64,000 nt of DNA from Octopus sinensis (lineage: Eukaryota): contig NC_042998.1 in the NCBI RefSeq assembly GCF_006345805.1, positions 119,288,001 through 119,352,000 on the forward strand. Direction: 5' to 3'. The position numbers and the translations under genes are program-made. Numbering within the stretch: position 1 is the first letter of the stretch; each line of letters begins with the position of its first letter. The notes under the pieces were generated by a model that saw nothing but the letters and a program-made list of their open reading frames with translations, was not told the DNA's origin and did no database searches. Shown in pieces: positions 52,146 through 64,000 of the stretch.

Positions 52146-52244
52146 TCTTTACCGATGAGGTGTAGCCTTTGGTTAATTGACTTAATTTAATTTAATTAAG
52201 CTGGTTTGCCATTAAAAACACCGAAACAATACATTGTCTAAAGA
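52146..52244 (+). ncRNA. Type I hammerhead ribozyme, second copy
   Basis: Helix I TCTTTA 52146-51/TAAAGA 52239-44; core CCGATGA 52152-58; helix II GGTGT 52159-63/ACACC 52218-22; GAAA 52223-26; helix III CAAT(AC)ATTG; GUC, with predicted cleavage after 52238. Confidence 0.8.
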
Positions 52245-52369
52245 TGAATTAGGGTAAATGTTTTTAAATTTTCCTTTAATTTCTGAATTACCACTACTTG
52301 GCGGTTTGAGTCCTGGCTGCTCTTTCTAGTGGGTCGAATGGCCTATTAAGGCCATTCCTCAATTGTTGT

Positions 52370-52459
<90 letters not shown>

Positions 52460-53769
52460 CATATATATATATATACACACATATACATATATATATATAC
52501 ACACATACACGTACGCACACTCATATACATATGTACCTATATGTACTCACATACATGTGTACATCCCCTTTTGTAAACCCTTTTTGTATAACACGGTTTT
52601 ATTGTATGTTAGACCCTTGTGGCCAATAATAAAAGAATCATTATTATTGCTCGTTTTTCTCGGAATAATAACTAAACAAGTCATACAAAAAATATTGAAT
52701 GGATATAATGAATACACTATGATATTATGGAAGATAATATGTGTAGATATAACTGAATTAAAAGGTTGATGTGTAAGGTTGAGAGACGATTTAACTTAAT
52801 AATGTACAGCTTGAGAGAGAGGGGGGGAGAACGGAGAGATAGGGAGACAGAGAGAGAAACGTTTTGTTACGGTTACAATAAACTGACTCCATTAATACTT
52901 TGAAATTATTTATTCGTGCTGAAAGTCTGAGAGACTGGAAGACTGGAATCCTAATTTTGTTTCAATTACAAAATTGTTTAGTTAAGCCTGCTAAATTGTT
53001 ACGACTGCTACTGGACATATAAACAAAGATGGCTACAAAATCGTTTAGATAAAACTGCTTGTGTAGCCATAAATAATTGTTATAAATACTCTGACCAATA
53101 AATCGATTTGGACATATAGATGGTAACATATAGTTAGCGAATCGAAATAATAAGTACCAGTTATATTACCGTTTGATTAGACTGACCCAGTCGTCTACAG
53201 ATATTTATGAAGTAGTATGAAAATTAGAAAGAGTCTTTTAACGTAAAATTAAATATAGGAATATTAAATAATCATACCTGCAGGTTATGATTTCAAATTC
53301 TACAGTAGTTGACACTTGTTTTTTTTTTTTTGTTTTTTTCTCCATAGCCCATATGAATTCCGTGCAAGTAATATATAATGTCATATGCTTCGTGCCAGAA
53401 ATATATTGCCAGTAATTAACTAACACACATCTCTAAATGCTCACGGAAATAGATAATCAAAAGGACTAAATATAATTGGTGTTTCCCGCGTGGTATATGT
53501 CTTATGTATATACATATATACAGAAACACACACAAATATAAACACACAAAAACACGCACAAAAACAGACACACACAAAACACAAACGCGCGCGCGCACAC
53601 ACACACATATTAATCAAAGTATACAGTATTGTAGATTCCTTTCAGCAGATCTTACCAATCGATTTCGCACTGGGTATTGAATAACCGGATATTAGAAACC
53701 AGAATGGGAAGTTAATACCATAAGTCCTTCAGAAACTACAGATTTGGGGAAATATGGCAACTAAATATA

Positions 53770-53811
<42 letters not shown>

Positions 53812-53853
53812 GATGGATGGATGGATGCATGGATATGTGTGTGTGTGTATGTA

Positions 53854-53921
<68 letters not shown>

Positions 53922-54072
53922 GTATATATACAAGATAAGAAAATGGAGAAATACATCTAAATCAAATATCAATTACCAGATAATACTCAATCACATACTT
54001 TATTAAACCACCACATAAGAGACTGTAGGGTTAAATATAAAAAGCAGAACAAATCAGTGTATATACATATAC

Positions 54073-54139
<67 letters not shown>

Positions 54140-56214
54140 AGCATATCCTTTTTGGGGGAAAAAAATGACGTATTTTTAAAGATCATGCGTTTGCAAAACA
54201 TATCAACCGCGGTTCTGAAATGCAATGACTTCATTCGGAATGAATTCAACATACAACACAAATATTGCTCCCGGCAGCTTTCAGGGCGTTTTTTTTTTCT
54301 TTTTTCCTTTTCCTTTTCTTTTTTTTTTTTCCTTTCTTTCAAATCGCTAACTACAGGAATCAATATTATTATGCAACAAATTTATTCACCGGAAGCTATA
54401 ACAAATTACAAATACTTTAAATGTTTATGTTTTATGGCCATCTCACTAAACACAGAAGATTAAACATCAAACAGTTGTAGGATAAATTTTGTTGTTGTTG
54501 CTGTTATTGTTGTTTTAATTGTGTGTGGAAATGTATTCTACAATCGTTTTTTATGATGATGCCACATCTTTTTAATATTCTGTTTCAGTAAATCGCCTCC
54601 AACTATGAAGAGATGTTTCCTATTGAATTTTGACCTTTTGAAGGTAAAAAAATGAAAACGAATCTGAATATTTTCAATAAATTATCTACTTTCCAGTCGT
54701 AAAATATGTAACAGTACATAAAACTATGATATTGTTGGTGGGGTCATAGGATAAATAAACTTTAGTAGCTGTTTGTTGTTTAGTCCTCGTACGTCAGCTC
54801 GAAGACTCGAACAGAATAATGATCAAATGCATTCCAGCAGTAACTATGCCATTATGTTGAGGGATATCTAGGATTGTATTATTTAATATGTCGTTTCCTT
54901 CTTTGTAAGACCAGAGTATGTGATTTGAGGGAGGTTTAATTCTTGTTTCTAGCAGGTCGCGCGTTTATATAGAGGCTTCCTTATTACCTCTAATGCAGTT
55001 TAGTTTTCTAGCTACCGGTTAAATCTGATCAAGAAGCCCTATTAAAGGCATCCCAGCTGTGACCATCACGTCTTCATTATTTCCACAGATGATTTATTTA
55101 ATGCTATATTTATCTCATAAATGCATTTCTTTGTATAATATGTTAGAAAGTAATTTCTAACAGGTCAAAAGAGTTTTTGTTGTTGTTTAACCTATTCGAA
55201 CTGACCTATGTACAAGGGCATTCCAGCCATGTCTATCCTGATACTACAGTATCTAATGAATTCTTTTCCAAAACGGTAGAGTGGTGTGTGAAGAAGATCT
55301 GACTGCGAAATTTAGCAGATCGAGCTACCACAGAGACGATTCCTGCCTGGTTCATTTAGTATTTAATATTTAGTTAATACAGATATTACTGAAGCAACTA
55401 AGCTATTGTTTCTTCAGTAGAATTGGTAAAATGAGTATCAGTTATATACTTAGAATTATTTTGCCGACAACAGACACACTCATCTACTTCAAAAATTACC
55501 TTTATATCCATAAAAGAAAATAGAATATTTTTGAAATATCAGAGTAGTGATATTCACCTTAAAAACACAATTTTGCTTCGTCAGAGCAAAAAGGGCAGCG
55601 TTCATGGCCTTTGTCAGAGTCTGTGAGAAGGAAATTATCCTCAAACAAAAGAGCTGGTTTGAATGCTTGCAAAGAAATATACTCTGCTAGACGTACCCAA
55701 GAGCCAGGTGATTGTGTCACACCGAGCAACAGATTAATTCTACCGTCCAAAAACACTAGTTTCCATCAACCAAATTTCACTCATAAAGCTTTGCTCAACC
55801 CGAAACTTTATTAGAAGATGCCACGTAGTGATATTGAACCCGAAAACAAATTCTTTCCAAACTTCCTAACTATACAAACATATCCAGAAAATTTATCTCA
55901 ATACAGTTCAATTCATGCTTCTTGTATTTTTACAAATGATACGGAAAACATGATCAACTGACGATTCAATTCAGTTTCCATTGCTGACAAAAACTAGTTT
56001 GCTTCTTCAATTTCAAAGACAACGCACAACAGAAAAAGGGTTTTAACGTAACAATACACTATACTTTAGCATCTCTTGTTTGTCAATTGATTTGGTTTGA
56101 TTTTATCGTATACCTGAGCTAAAATAACTTATATTGTGGCTATTGACAAACTACATATACTGTTGTTATCACGTTTATTTTATTAGTATTATATTACTTG
56201 TTTTTAATTTAGAT

Positions 56215-56390
56215 ACAGGGCCAGCAATTTTAAGAGAAGAGCATTACTTGATTATCATTTGCTTTCGATCGGCCCTGGAAAGTTAGTCGCGGTGAGATTT
56301 GAACTCGGCATGGAAAGTGCAGAGGAAAATATCGCTAAGTATTTTTTCCGACTCTGCAACAATTCTGCCAATTCACCGTCCTTGGTAGTT
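56215..56390 (-). mobile_element. Degenerate family-A SINE
   Basis: GGCCAGCAATTT tail and GAGATTTGAACTC reverse-complement B-box-like motif. Confidence 0.55.
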
Positions 56391-56719
56391 CATAGTAATA
56401 ATATATACTCTTAGATGTCAAAGTTTTCGTCGACCTACTAGAAATGGCAGCAACACTTTCCTAAAATCTCACCCTAACATCTTTAAAATGTCACAGAAGG
56501 AATATTTATATAATGCAGTCCTAGATACAACGAATGAAAAGGGTAGACTTAAATGTGTAATACCTTTAAATGTAAATCTGCTTAATCAGGATTGATCTGC
56601 AGCTAAACAACAACATCCTGCTGTATTACGCTTTATTGCAGCTTGTTCAGCCTTTATCCGACGATGACTATTGGTGTCTTGCACATTTATAGGTGATATC
56701 TATAATTTTCGGTTTTCCA

Positions 56720-58620
56720 AAAGTTAGACTCATAAAAATTCCAGCCAATAAATTCTACTCTTGAAAATGCCACTCATGAAAATGCCACCAAAAAACATTA
56801 TTTAAATTATGTTGTAAAAACCACATCGAAATGAAACATTTAAAGCATTGAGGAATAATTAAAGAGGATTATAAGTGGCACTGTTGAATAATTACTATGT
56901 AACTATTTCTTCTAAATACTCCATGAGATGTTTGATTTTTAGCATTTATACTTCCGAATTTTTTCCATGATAACTCGGATCTTCTCGCATAATGTGCAAC
57001 AAATTGGCCTGAATAAGGGTTTCTTTTTATGTAATAGTTTCCATAAATTTTCATACATACTTGTTAAAGATGATGCCAAACTACTACAAAAAGCATTAAA
57101 ACATTTTATATTACAGGTGACTGTTGAATCATTATGGTACTGCACTTCTCTACTAAAATCGTATGGTTTTCTTCTTCAAAATTGTTCAACATTAAACAGT
57201 TGAGGAATTTCGAAAAATTTTGAAAGTGCATCACTTTCATTCGTTATACTATCTGAAAAATAAATATTTAAACAGAAATCTAAAGGATAACTGCAAAAAG
57301 GTTTCGGATAAAAGGACTCTTTAAGAATAATTTGAATTTTAAAGAGTTGATTCCGAAACTTTGTTGAATATTTAAATGCTCCATTACGCGCCAGGCTGCG
57401 ACGCAAATATAAGGATTTGTTCGGGGCTATCGATAACAAGAATCATATCGAATACCAAGAATAGCAAGCCAACTTGAAGAAACTTGAATAAATCAGGAAT
57501 ATAGTTAGTCGATATGCTGGTAATGCAAGTGTCTTAAAAAGTTATGTCTCTCATTTTGTATTCTACGAAAAAGGTTGCATATATTTCTCAGGTATGCTTT
57601 TGTTCCGTCTCCTTGTTGCACCTTAACAGATGCAAGTATATCATGTGAAAATGTAGTTCCTCCCGTTTTAATTACAATGCACATAGAATTTACACCTTTC
57701 CTTGCTTCCACAATTGCACTTAATGGTCGATGTATGTGATTTCCAGAATGAAAAATAATTTCTGATTCACTACAATTCAAGATGAATGAATCCGTACTTA
57801 GTAACCGTTCATATCCCTAATACTTTATTTTTATTATATTATACTGGTGCATTTTTTAAATATAATTAACTTCACCATTTTTTGTCTTTCCCTTTTCAAA
57901 AGGAATGAATGTCAATTCCATTATGTAGGAATAAACAAACAAAACAGTTAAAAGCTTTAAATGAGAGTAAAAACTATCTACTTTTTATAATGACACCAAA
58001 ATCTCCGTACATTCTATATATGTGTTATAATAGGGTCTCGTTTTTCCTGTAGTTAATATAGTGTTTCGTGTTAATTGCTTATCATACCATCTTTTGATAT
58101 TTTTTAGTAGAATAATAGAATTTTCTATCCTATTATATGTGTCGATATTTAATGCAAATCATAAGAGTTGAAAGTTCAAAGCTAGTTAAAGTTAAGTATT
58201 CCAACCTATAAAATATTTTTACTCTTTCAGGTCCTATTTGTGAAAGCATAGCCAAGATATTTTGCTACTGGGCTCATGATCATAAAATTGTTATTTCGAT
58301 TCCCACACTAGGCGGTGTGTAGTGTCCCATTCCACTCAGATGAAAAAAAGTACTGCTGCAGAGTAGCACTACGAAAACTGTTAGCTCAAAGTTTTGCAAC
58401 TCTTGATGACTACGACGCACAGCCTTATGATTCAAGTTTCACCAAGCTCTTAGTTATCTTTCATTCTTTCTGAGTCAGATGAAAAAAGTCAAAAACATAG
58501 GGGTAAAGTTGACGTTTTGTATCTATTTTCTTAAGTGGGACGGTGCGGGCGGAATTTTCTATAGGTGAAGTTTATTGGGTAGTAATTTCATGAATGGAAT
58601 TTTCTTGGAATCTAATTTTC
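56720..58620 (-). mobile_element. Decayed Mutator-like (possibly Phantom-type) transposon
   Basis: Minus frames HSGNHIHRP, IPDLFKFLQVG.LFLVFD...EQILIFASQ and NGAFKYSTKFRNQLFKIQII (DGTFK...QL..IH motif); inverted AAAAT(T/G)CC-type short repeats near 56735-56790 and 58550-58615. Confidence 0.55.
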
Positions 58621-59029
58621 ATTTTCCTCTACTACCGATGTCAAATATTTCTATTTCAGACAATAATTTAATTATTAACATTGACTGCAAGTTTTAGGGA
58701 AAATAAACTTTGTATGATATTAATGCAGGCCGTTGTTAGCCCCTGATCGAACCTAACTGAACTATAATCAAAGGCGTTCTAGTTGTGGCTATCCCGAGTC
58801 TTTAAGATTTCTTTCTATTTAATATTGTAAAGGGGGATTTGAAAGGTTAAGCTGCTATTTGTTGCAAATTGAGGGAGTTAGTAAGACTCCCTTGTTTACT
58901 CACATTCACTAGAATTTAGTCTGCCGCCATTAGAGGTTTAGCAGAAAATATTGAAATTTAAATCCAGAGGGCCAAACTAAATACTACTCTGGTTTTGTGC
59001 CAAAATTTGAAGTCAATATTTAAGATATC

Positions 59030-59215
59030 GAAGGCGATAAGCTGGCAGAATCGTAAACACGCCGGGTAAAATGCCTGGCGGCATTTCGTTCGCCTTTTCG
59101 TTCTGAGTTCAAATTCTGCTGAGGTCGACTTTGTTTTCATCGGTTCGGGGTTGATAAAATATGCACCAAGTGGATACTGATGTTGTTGCAATAGACTTAC
59201 CTCCCCACCTGAAAC
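59030..59215 (+). mobile_element. Family-A SINE
   Basis: AAGGCGATAAGCTGGCAGAATCG head, GTTCAAATTC, central block. Confidence 0.8.
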
Positions 59216-60289
59216 TGTAGATTATATAAACCTATTGCTCAAAGGTTGTGGGGATATCATTTAAGGAAGCTTTGTTTGCTGTTTCTCGCAGGTTGAGTAA
59301 TGACGGGGAGGCTCTTCATCGATTTGAATAGGTGAGGCTCTAATGCTTACAACAGCAGAGAAGTGAAACCTCACCTCTTAGAACTTGAGGTTGAATCAGT
59401 AGAATAGTCTTATTTTGGAAGTGGTCTCGGACGTGTATATCTGTGTATATATTCGACTACACGCATTTCGCAGATTTGTATCTTTGTGTCAATATCAATA
59501 ATGAAGCAACATATATAATTAACATCTCAAAAACGAAAGTAAACAATGCTTTCTTGATTGGATACTTTCAAACAGACGTAATACTTTTAAGTTACGTAAC
59601 TGCAATGCAATAGCATCAATCATGCACTTAATTACCAGGACCCTTCTGCTAAACATTCTTGTGACTTTATTGATTCTGTTTTGTATAACAATATTGAAGC
59701 CTTCTGAAAAGGGATTCAAAAGAATCAGTAGCATTCAAAATAAATTAAAGAGAATGCCTGGAGATATCTGTAGATGAATGCCTGCATTATTTTGATTTTC
59801 TACGGCTGCATCATTACATAACTTATATATGTTTCTAAACCATATCATACAGAGATGTCCTTTATAAAAAACAAACAAATTACGTATTAAAGACTGAAAT
59901 ATTCAATAATAAAACTATTGTCAGTATTGTACACTTTCGTTTTTTGAAGTGTCTATTCCGCTGAAATCAATATTTGTATATCTACAGTTCTCAATGTTAT
60001 GATCATGTATATGATTCTTCTCAATCTTGTTTGGTAGTTTGATATATTATTGGTCTGAGTTCAAATTTAAAAGTGTGTGACTACAAACAGAATGCGACAT
60101 TAAGTAATAGGAAGACTTCATGAGCATGAATTAATTATCACCCTTCATATAATCCCACACATCTGAACAGAGTGTAACTATAAACAAAGTGACTGTTATA
60201 ATAAAACAATCTTTTTGAGACATTATTTAATGTATTTTCCAGATATTTCTGCAATAAATTAAATAAAATATTTCTTCATCCGTTGTTTA

Positions 60290-60930
60290 ATACCGGTTTC
60301 AAATTTCGGCTATTACTAATAATTACGTCGGAGGGGGAAAGTCGATTACTTCGTCCCCAATCCTCAACTGGTACCTATTTTATCGATTCCAAAAGGATGA
60401 CAGGCAAAGTCGAATTCGACGGAGATTTTAACTCAGAACGTAAAGTCGGAAGAAATGCCAATAAGTATTTGGTCGGGTACGGTAACGAATCTGCCAATTC
60501 GCTGCCTTACTTCGTTGTTCAATATTCTTTTCTGTCTAGGCACAAGGCTCGAATCTTTTTTGCGGTGGGGGGAGCAGTTGATTAGATCGACCCAAGTACG
60601 CAATGGTACTTAATTTATCGACTCCGAAAGGATGAAAGACAAAGTCGACTTCGGCGGAATTTGAACTCAGAACGTAAAGGCAGATGAAATACTGCCTTTC
60701 ATCCTTTCGGGTTCGATTAAATAAGTACCAGCTACGCACTGGGGTCGATATAATCGACTTAATCCGTTTGTCTGTCCTTGTTTGTCCTCTCTATGTTTAG
60801 CCCCTTGTGGGTAATAAAGAAATAGGTATTTCGTCTGCCGCTACGTTCTGTGTTCAAATTCCGCCGAGGTCGACTTTGCCTTTCATCCTTTCGGGGTCGA
60901 TTGAATAAGTACCAGTTACGCACTGGAGTG
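60290..60930. mobile_element. Rearranged family-A SINE cluster (two minus copies, then two plus partial bodies)
   Basis: Minus copies at about 60290-60510 and 60535-60690; plus 3' half with tail 60690-60826 runs directly into another body 60827-60930. Confidence 0.8.
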
Positions 60931-61069
60931 TACGCGTCGGTGTGTGTGCATACTATTTAAGAGTTTAAAAGTATTACACACAAATCAAATCAAAATATAT
61001 CCTTGAAAATATTTATACATATCATGCAGATGTGAACAACATTGAGGAATGGTACCATAAAAACTATGT

Positions 61070-61256
61070 TTCTTTGGGTAAAGAAACAGGACTATCAGTT
61101 ATGATTTTATTCATCATATTCCCCTCTCAGATTGACTTACTGCAGCGATCCTTCAGATTTTCTAAACCCTGTAAAAGAGCTCGGAAGGTTAGGCCTCTAA
61201 CCAGGCCTTTCATGATATCCTTAAATCCAGGAACTTTTCTGCACTTCCTCATATAT
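61070..61256 (-). mobile_element. mariner-derived short non-autonomous remnant
   Basis: CCAGGAACTTTTCTGCACTTCCTCATA TIR-like end plus TA; minus strand LENLKDRCSK...GAGAGGGGAATATG resembles the mariner C-terminus (RCxKCxxxxGxYVE). Confidence 0.5.
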
Positions 61257-61437
61257 TCAGAAACTTGCTTAAGATATAAACATAAAACAACAACAGATGG
61301 ACACCGAGCACTTATTGTCTATGGAAAAAATACAATTGTTAAGGATATCACCGAGAGGAATCAAACTCGAAGTTTTATGTTTACAAAATAAACTTCCTAA
61401 CCGCTCAAGTATGCCTATATTTTATTTCTTCTGCGTA

Positions 61438-61439
<2 letters not shown>

Positions 61440-61488
<49 letters not shown>

Positions 61489-61497
61489 CATAGATAG

Positions 61498-61528
<31 letters not shown>

Positions 61529-61730
61529 GATACATATATATATAGATAGCTAGATACATATATACATATATATATACATACATATACATATATACGTATA
61601 TATATACATACATATATATATATACATATATATATATATATGTATATACATATATACATATATATATATATATATTCATATATACATATATATATACATT
61701 TATATACATTTATATACACATATATATATT

Positions 61731-61789
<59 letters not shown>

Positions 61790-61790
61790 A
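61440..61790. repeat. (TAGA)-(TACA)-(TA)-(GA) compound microsatellite
   Basis: Direct runs. Confidence 0.9.
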
Positions 61791-62013
61791 GAAAACAGTA
61801 GAAAAATAGATATTTCACATATGTTTCCTAATTTCAATCTAAATTAGAGTAAAATTATGAAACATCTGTGAAATATTTACTTTGTACTATTCTCTATATC
61901 TAGGTCTGAACATGATTATTGCGCTGTAATAATATATTGGAGCTGAACGCTATGTGAACAATTGTGCTCTTAAATTCAGGGGGGATATTTTATAGTCCTT
62001 AAACACCAATTCA

Positions 62014-62076
<63 letters not shown>

Positions 62077-62959
62077 AATATATAGAGCCACTATGATAAA
62101 TGTATGTAAGTATGTATTATGTATGTATTATGTATGTGCCGTTTTGTTAAACACTCTGGTATCTTACAGTTTTACGATATTTTCTATGCTTCGTAAATAA
62201 TGGTAATCTGGGAAATTGATTATTGCCAAGCTTCTCAATATATTGTTGCAGCGTCTTAGATCTCCCCGCCTTAAATATCTAACTCAGTTATGAGTTTTGC
62301 ATAGTAAGTATATCACCTAAGTAATGTTGAATTTAATAAAAGAAAAGTGGGAAAAGCAATAATACGCAAATATTGTGATGTGCAATATTTATGATGTTGA
62401 AATTAGCACAAACACTAAAATATGACAGTGTCATCAAACGTCTCATAGTTAAATGTATGTGTGGGCCTCTGAGAAATTTAGGCTACAGCTCATCAAAATG
62501 TCTCCGTTTTTATCACGTGGCCTAGCGGTATGGGAGAATACCATATTGGTTCTTAAAGTTGTGAGCGAAAACATTTAAGGGAAAACTAGTAACTTCGAAG
62601 TTATGTGGAGGATTATAACATGTTATTTTTCTCGATTACTATGTACACTTTGTGGCTGTCATCGATGATAACCATATACTGGTATGGTTATGCTTTCATC
62701 ACTCTACCCATACTTCTAATTACTGGAACATGAGCGGACGCTATCCTATATTCTACACAAAGTACATCAGAATTCAAAACATCTTTGATGACTCAAGGGT
62801 AAGCAAAAACAATAATAATAACAACAACATAACAGACATTCGACTACCCCTTCGATGTTAGCATAACAGGCGTTGATTTGGCTCATAAATACTCCATAAA
62901 ATATGACAAAAACTATATCGTACAGCTAGATTTATTGCAACTGCCACTAGTAACCACTG

Positions 62960-63475
62960 CATCCTAAACAAGATGAAGGACTGCCCCCAGTTCTTCAAAT
63001 AACTGAGATTTAAAATCACTGCAGTAAATGTCCTTGATGTAACCCTAGATTTAGATTGCAGCTTATATTGCCCATATAGAATATCCAATCAATTCCACTA
63101 CATCAATAAATACTTGAATTCTCTAAATCTATCATTAAGAATTTAGTGACAAACATATGACACAGAACCCCCACTATAACGAACACGATCCATACTATAC
63201 CGAAGTGTCAAAATGCAACGACTTCAACAGGAATATATCTTACAAATAACTCACAAAATCATGATAACAAGACTAGAAATAAACAAAAAATATATATGAT
63301 ATACTCCTCAGCTCAACCCTGAAGTCACTACACACTTTTCCAAAACTTTCTTCTTATATTTTCTTTTGCTTATCAACCCCGCCATTGTAGATACAGCAAA
63401 ATTTTCAATCACAATACGACACAGCTCTCCTACTCCACTACTCCTAGCATAGCACAAGTTATCACCTCAACGAAG
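62960..63475 (+). pseudogene. Second, highly decayed PLE RT/thumb fragment
   Basis: QDEGL (RDDGL-like), VNVLDVTLDLDCSLYCPYRISNQFHYIN and HCRYSKIFNHNTTQLSYSTTPSI (KIFNRNTxKxSYSCxPN-like). Confidence 0.75.
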
Positions 63476-64000
63476 GGAGTGTGAACTAGATCACATTGCA
63501 GGTTCGTTTACACAGCGTTTTGTCTATAAACGTTATATCCAGCATAGGTAATACCTTCCTTAAAATAGTGGATAAGCATTTTTCTACACACACACAGGTA
63601 TAGAAAGCTTTCCAATAGAAACAGGTTTAAGGTCTCCTTCAGTTGCTCATCCATCATGTTGAGTATTTTTCGTATATAGGTTCATAACTAAACTGGTGAT
63701 GATGACTATGATTTTAGCAGTGGGATAAAAGTAGCACGGAGTTTTGAAATAGTCATAAGGCAGAGAAACCCCTGAATAAATAGGTAGGATTTTTGTGTAA
63801 TTCGTTCATCAACTCCATCCCCGTGTTTTGGAGGCTCTGAAAAGTTCAAACTCTGAGTAGAGCAAAAAAGGAATAAAGTAGAATAAAAGGAATAAAACGA
63901 ACATAGATAAATCTAAGATAAATGGAATTGTTACTGCTGCCATTGTTGTTGTTGTTGTTGTTGTTGCTGTTGTTGTTGTTGGTGGTGGTGGTGGTGGTGG

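Larger units (their letters stand above)
51188..52370. mobile_element. Retrozyme/pLTR-like element: 473-bp non-coding unit, direct tandem plus inverted more-than-unit arm, between (TA)n tracts
   Basis: TTAATCAATATAGGGTAGC at 51188 and 51661 (period 473); 51792-52370 is the reverse complement with period 474; one hammerhead per full unit. Confidence 0.85.

Noticed and set aside
55559-55814. Cys-containing short ORFs on both strands
   Set aside because: CPFC alone is insufficient; no splice signals or family recognised.
61032-61391. 119-aa ORF
   Set aside because: Runs antisense across a mariner-derived remnant; no domain recognised.

Overview
AT-rich eukaryotic non-coding DNA (intergenic or inside a very large intron), saturated with microsatellites and transposon debris. 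The microsatellite load and the tRNA-derived SINE families suggest an octopus/coleoid cephalopod genome (inference). I recognise no intact host protein-coding gene; most ORFs in the supplied track are translations of microsatellites. Recognisable elements: four to five SINE families (many copies), a full-length but frameshifted IR/DR Tc1 (DD34E), an internally deleted Helitron with a 23-aa STPR-like repeat, a HINE/DINE-1-like element, MULE, pogo and mariner remnants, several MITEs/foldbacks, fragments of R4/Dong-, CR1-group and RTE LINEs, and two Penelope-like (PLE) RT fragments. The most striking signal is a set of hammerhead-ribozyme (HHR) motifs from about six unrelated repeat families. The best is a non-coding 473-bp tandem unit at 51188-52370. 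It is present as direct plus inverted, circularly permuted, more-than-unit-length arms, and each full unit carries a complete type I hammerhead with a palindromic helix III, a 54-nt insertion in helix II and a U4C core variant. This is a retrozyme/pLTR-like system. All folds and alignments were done by eye and SINE boundaries are approximate.
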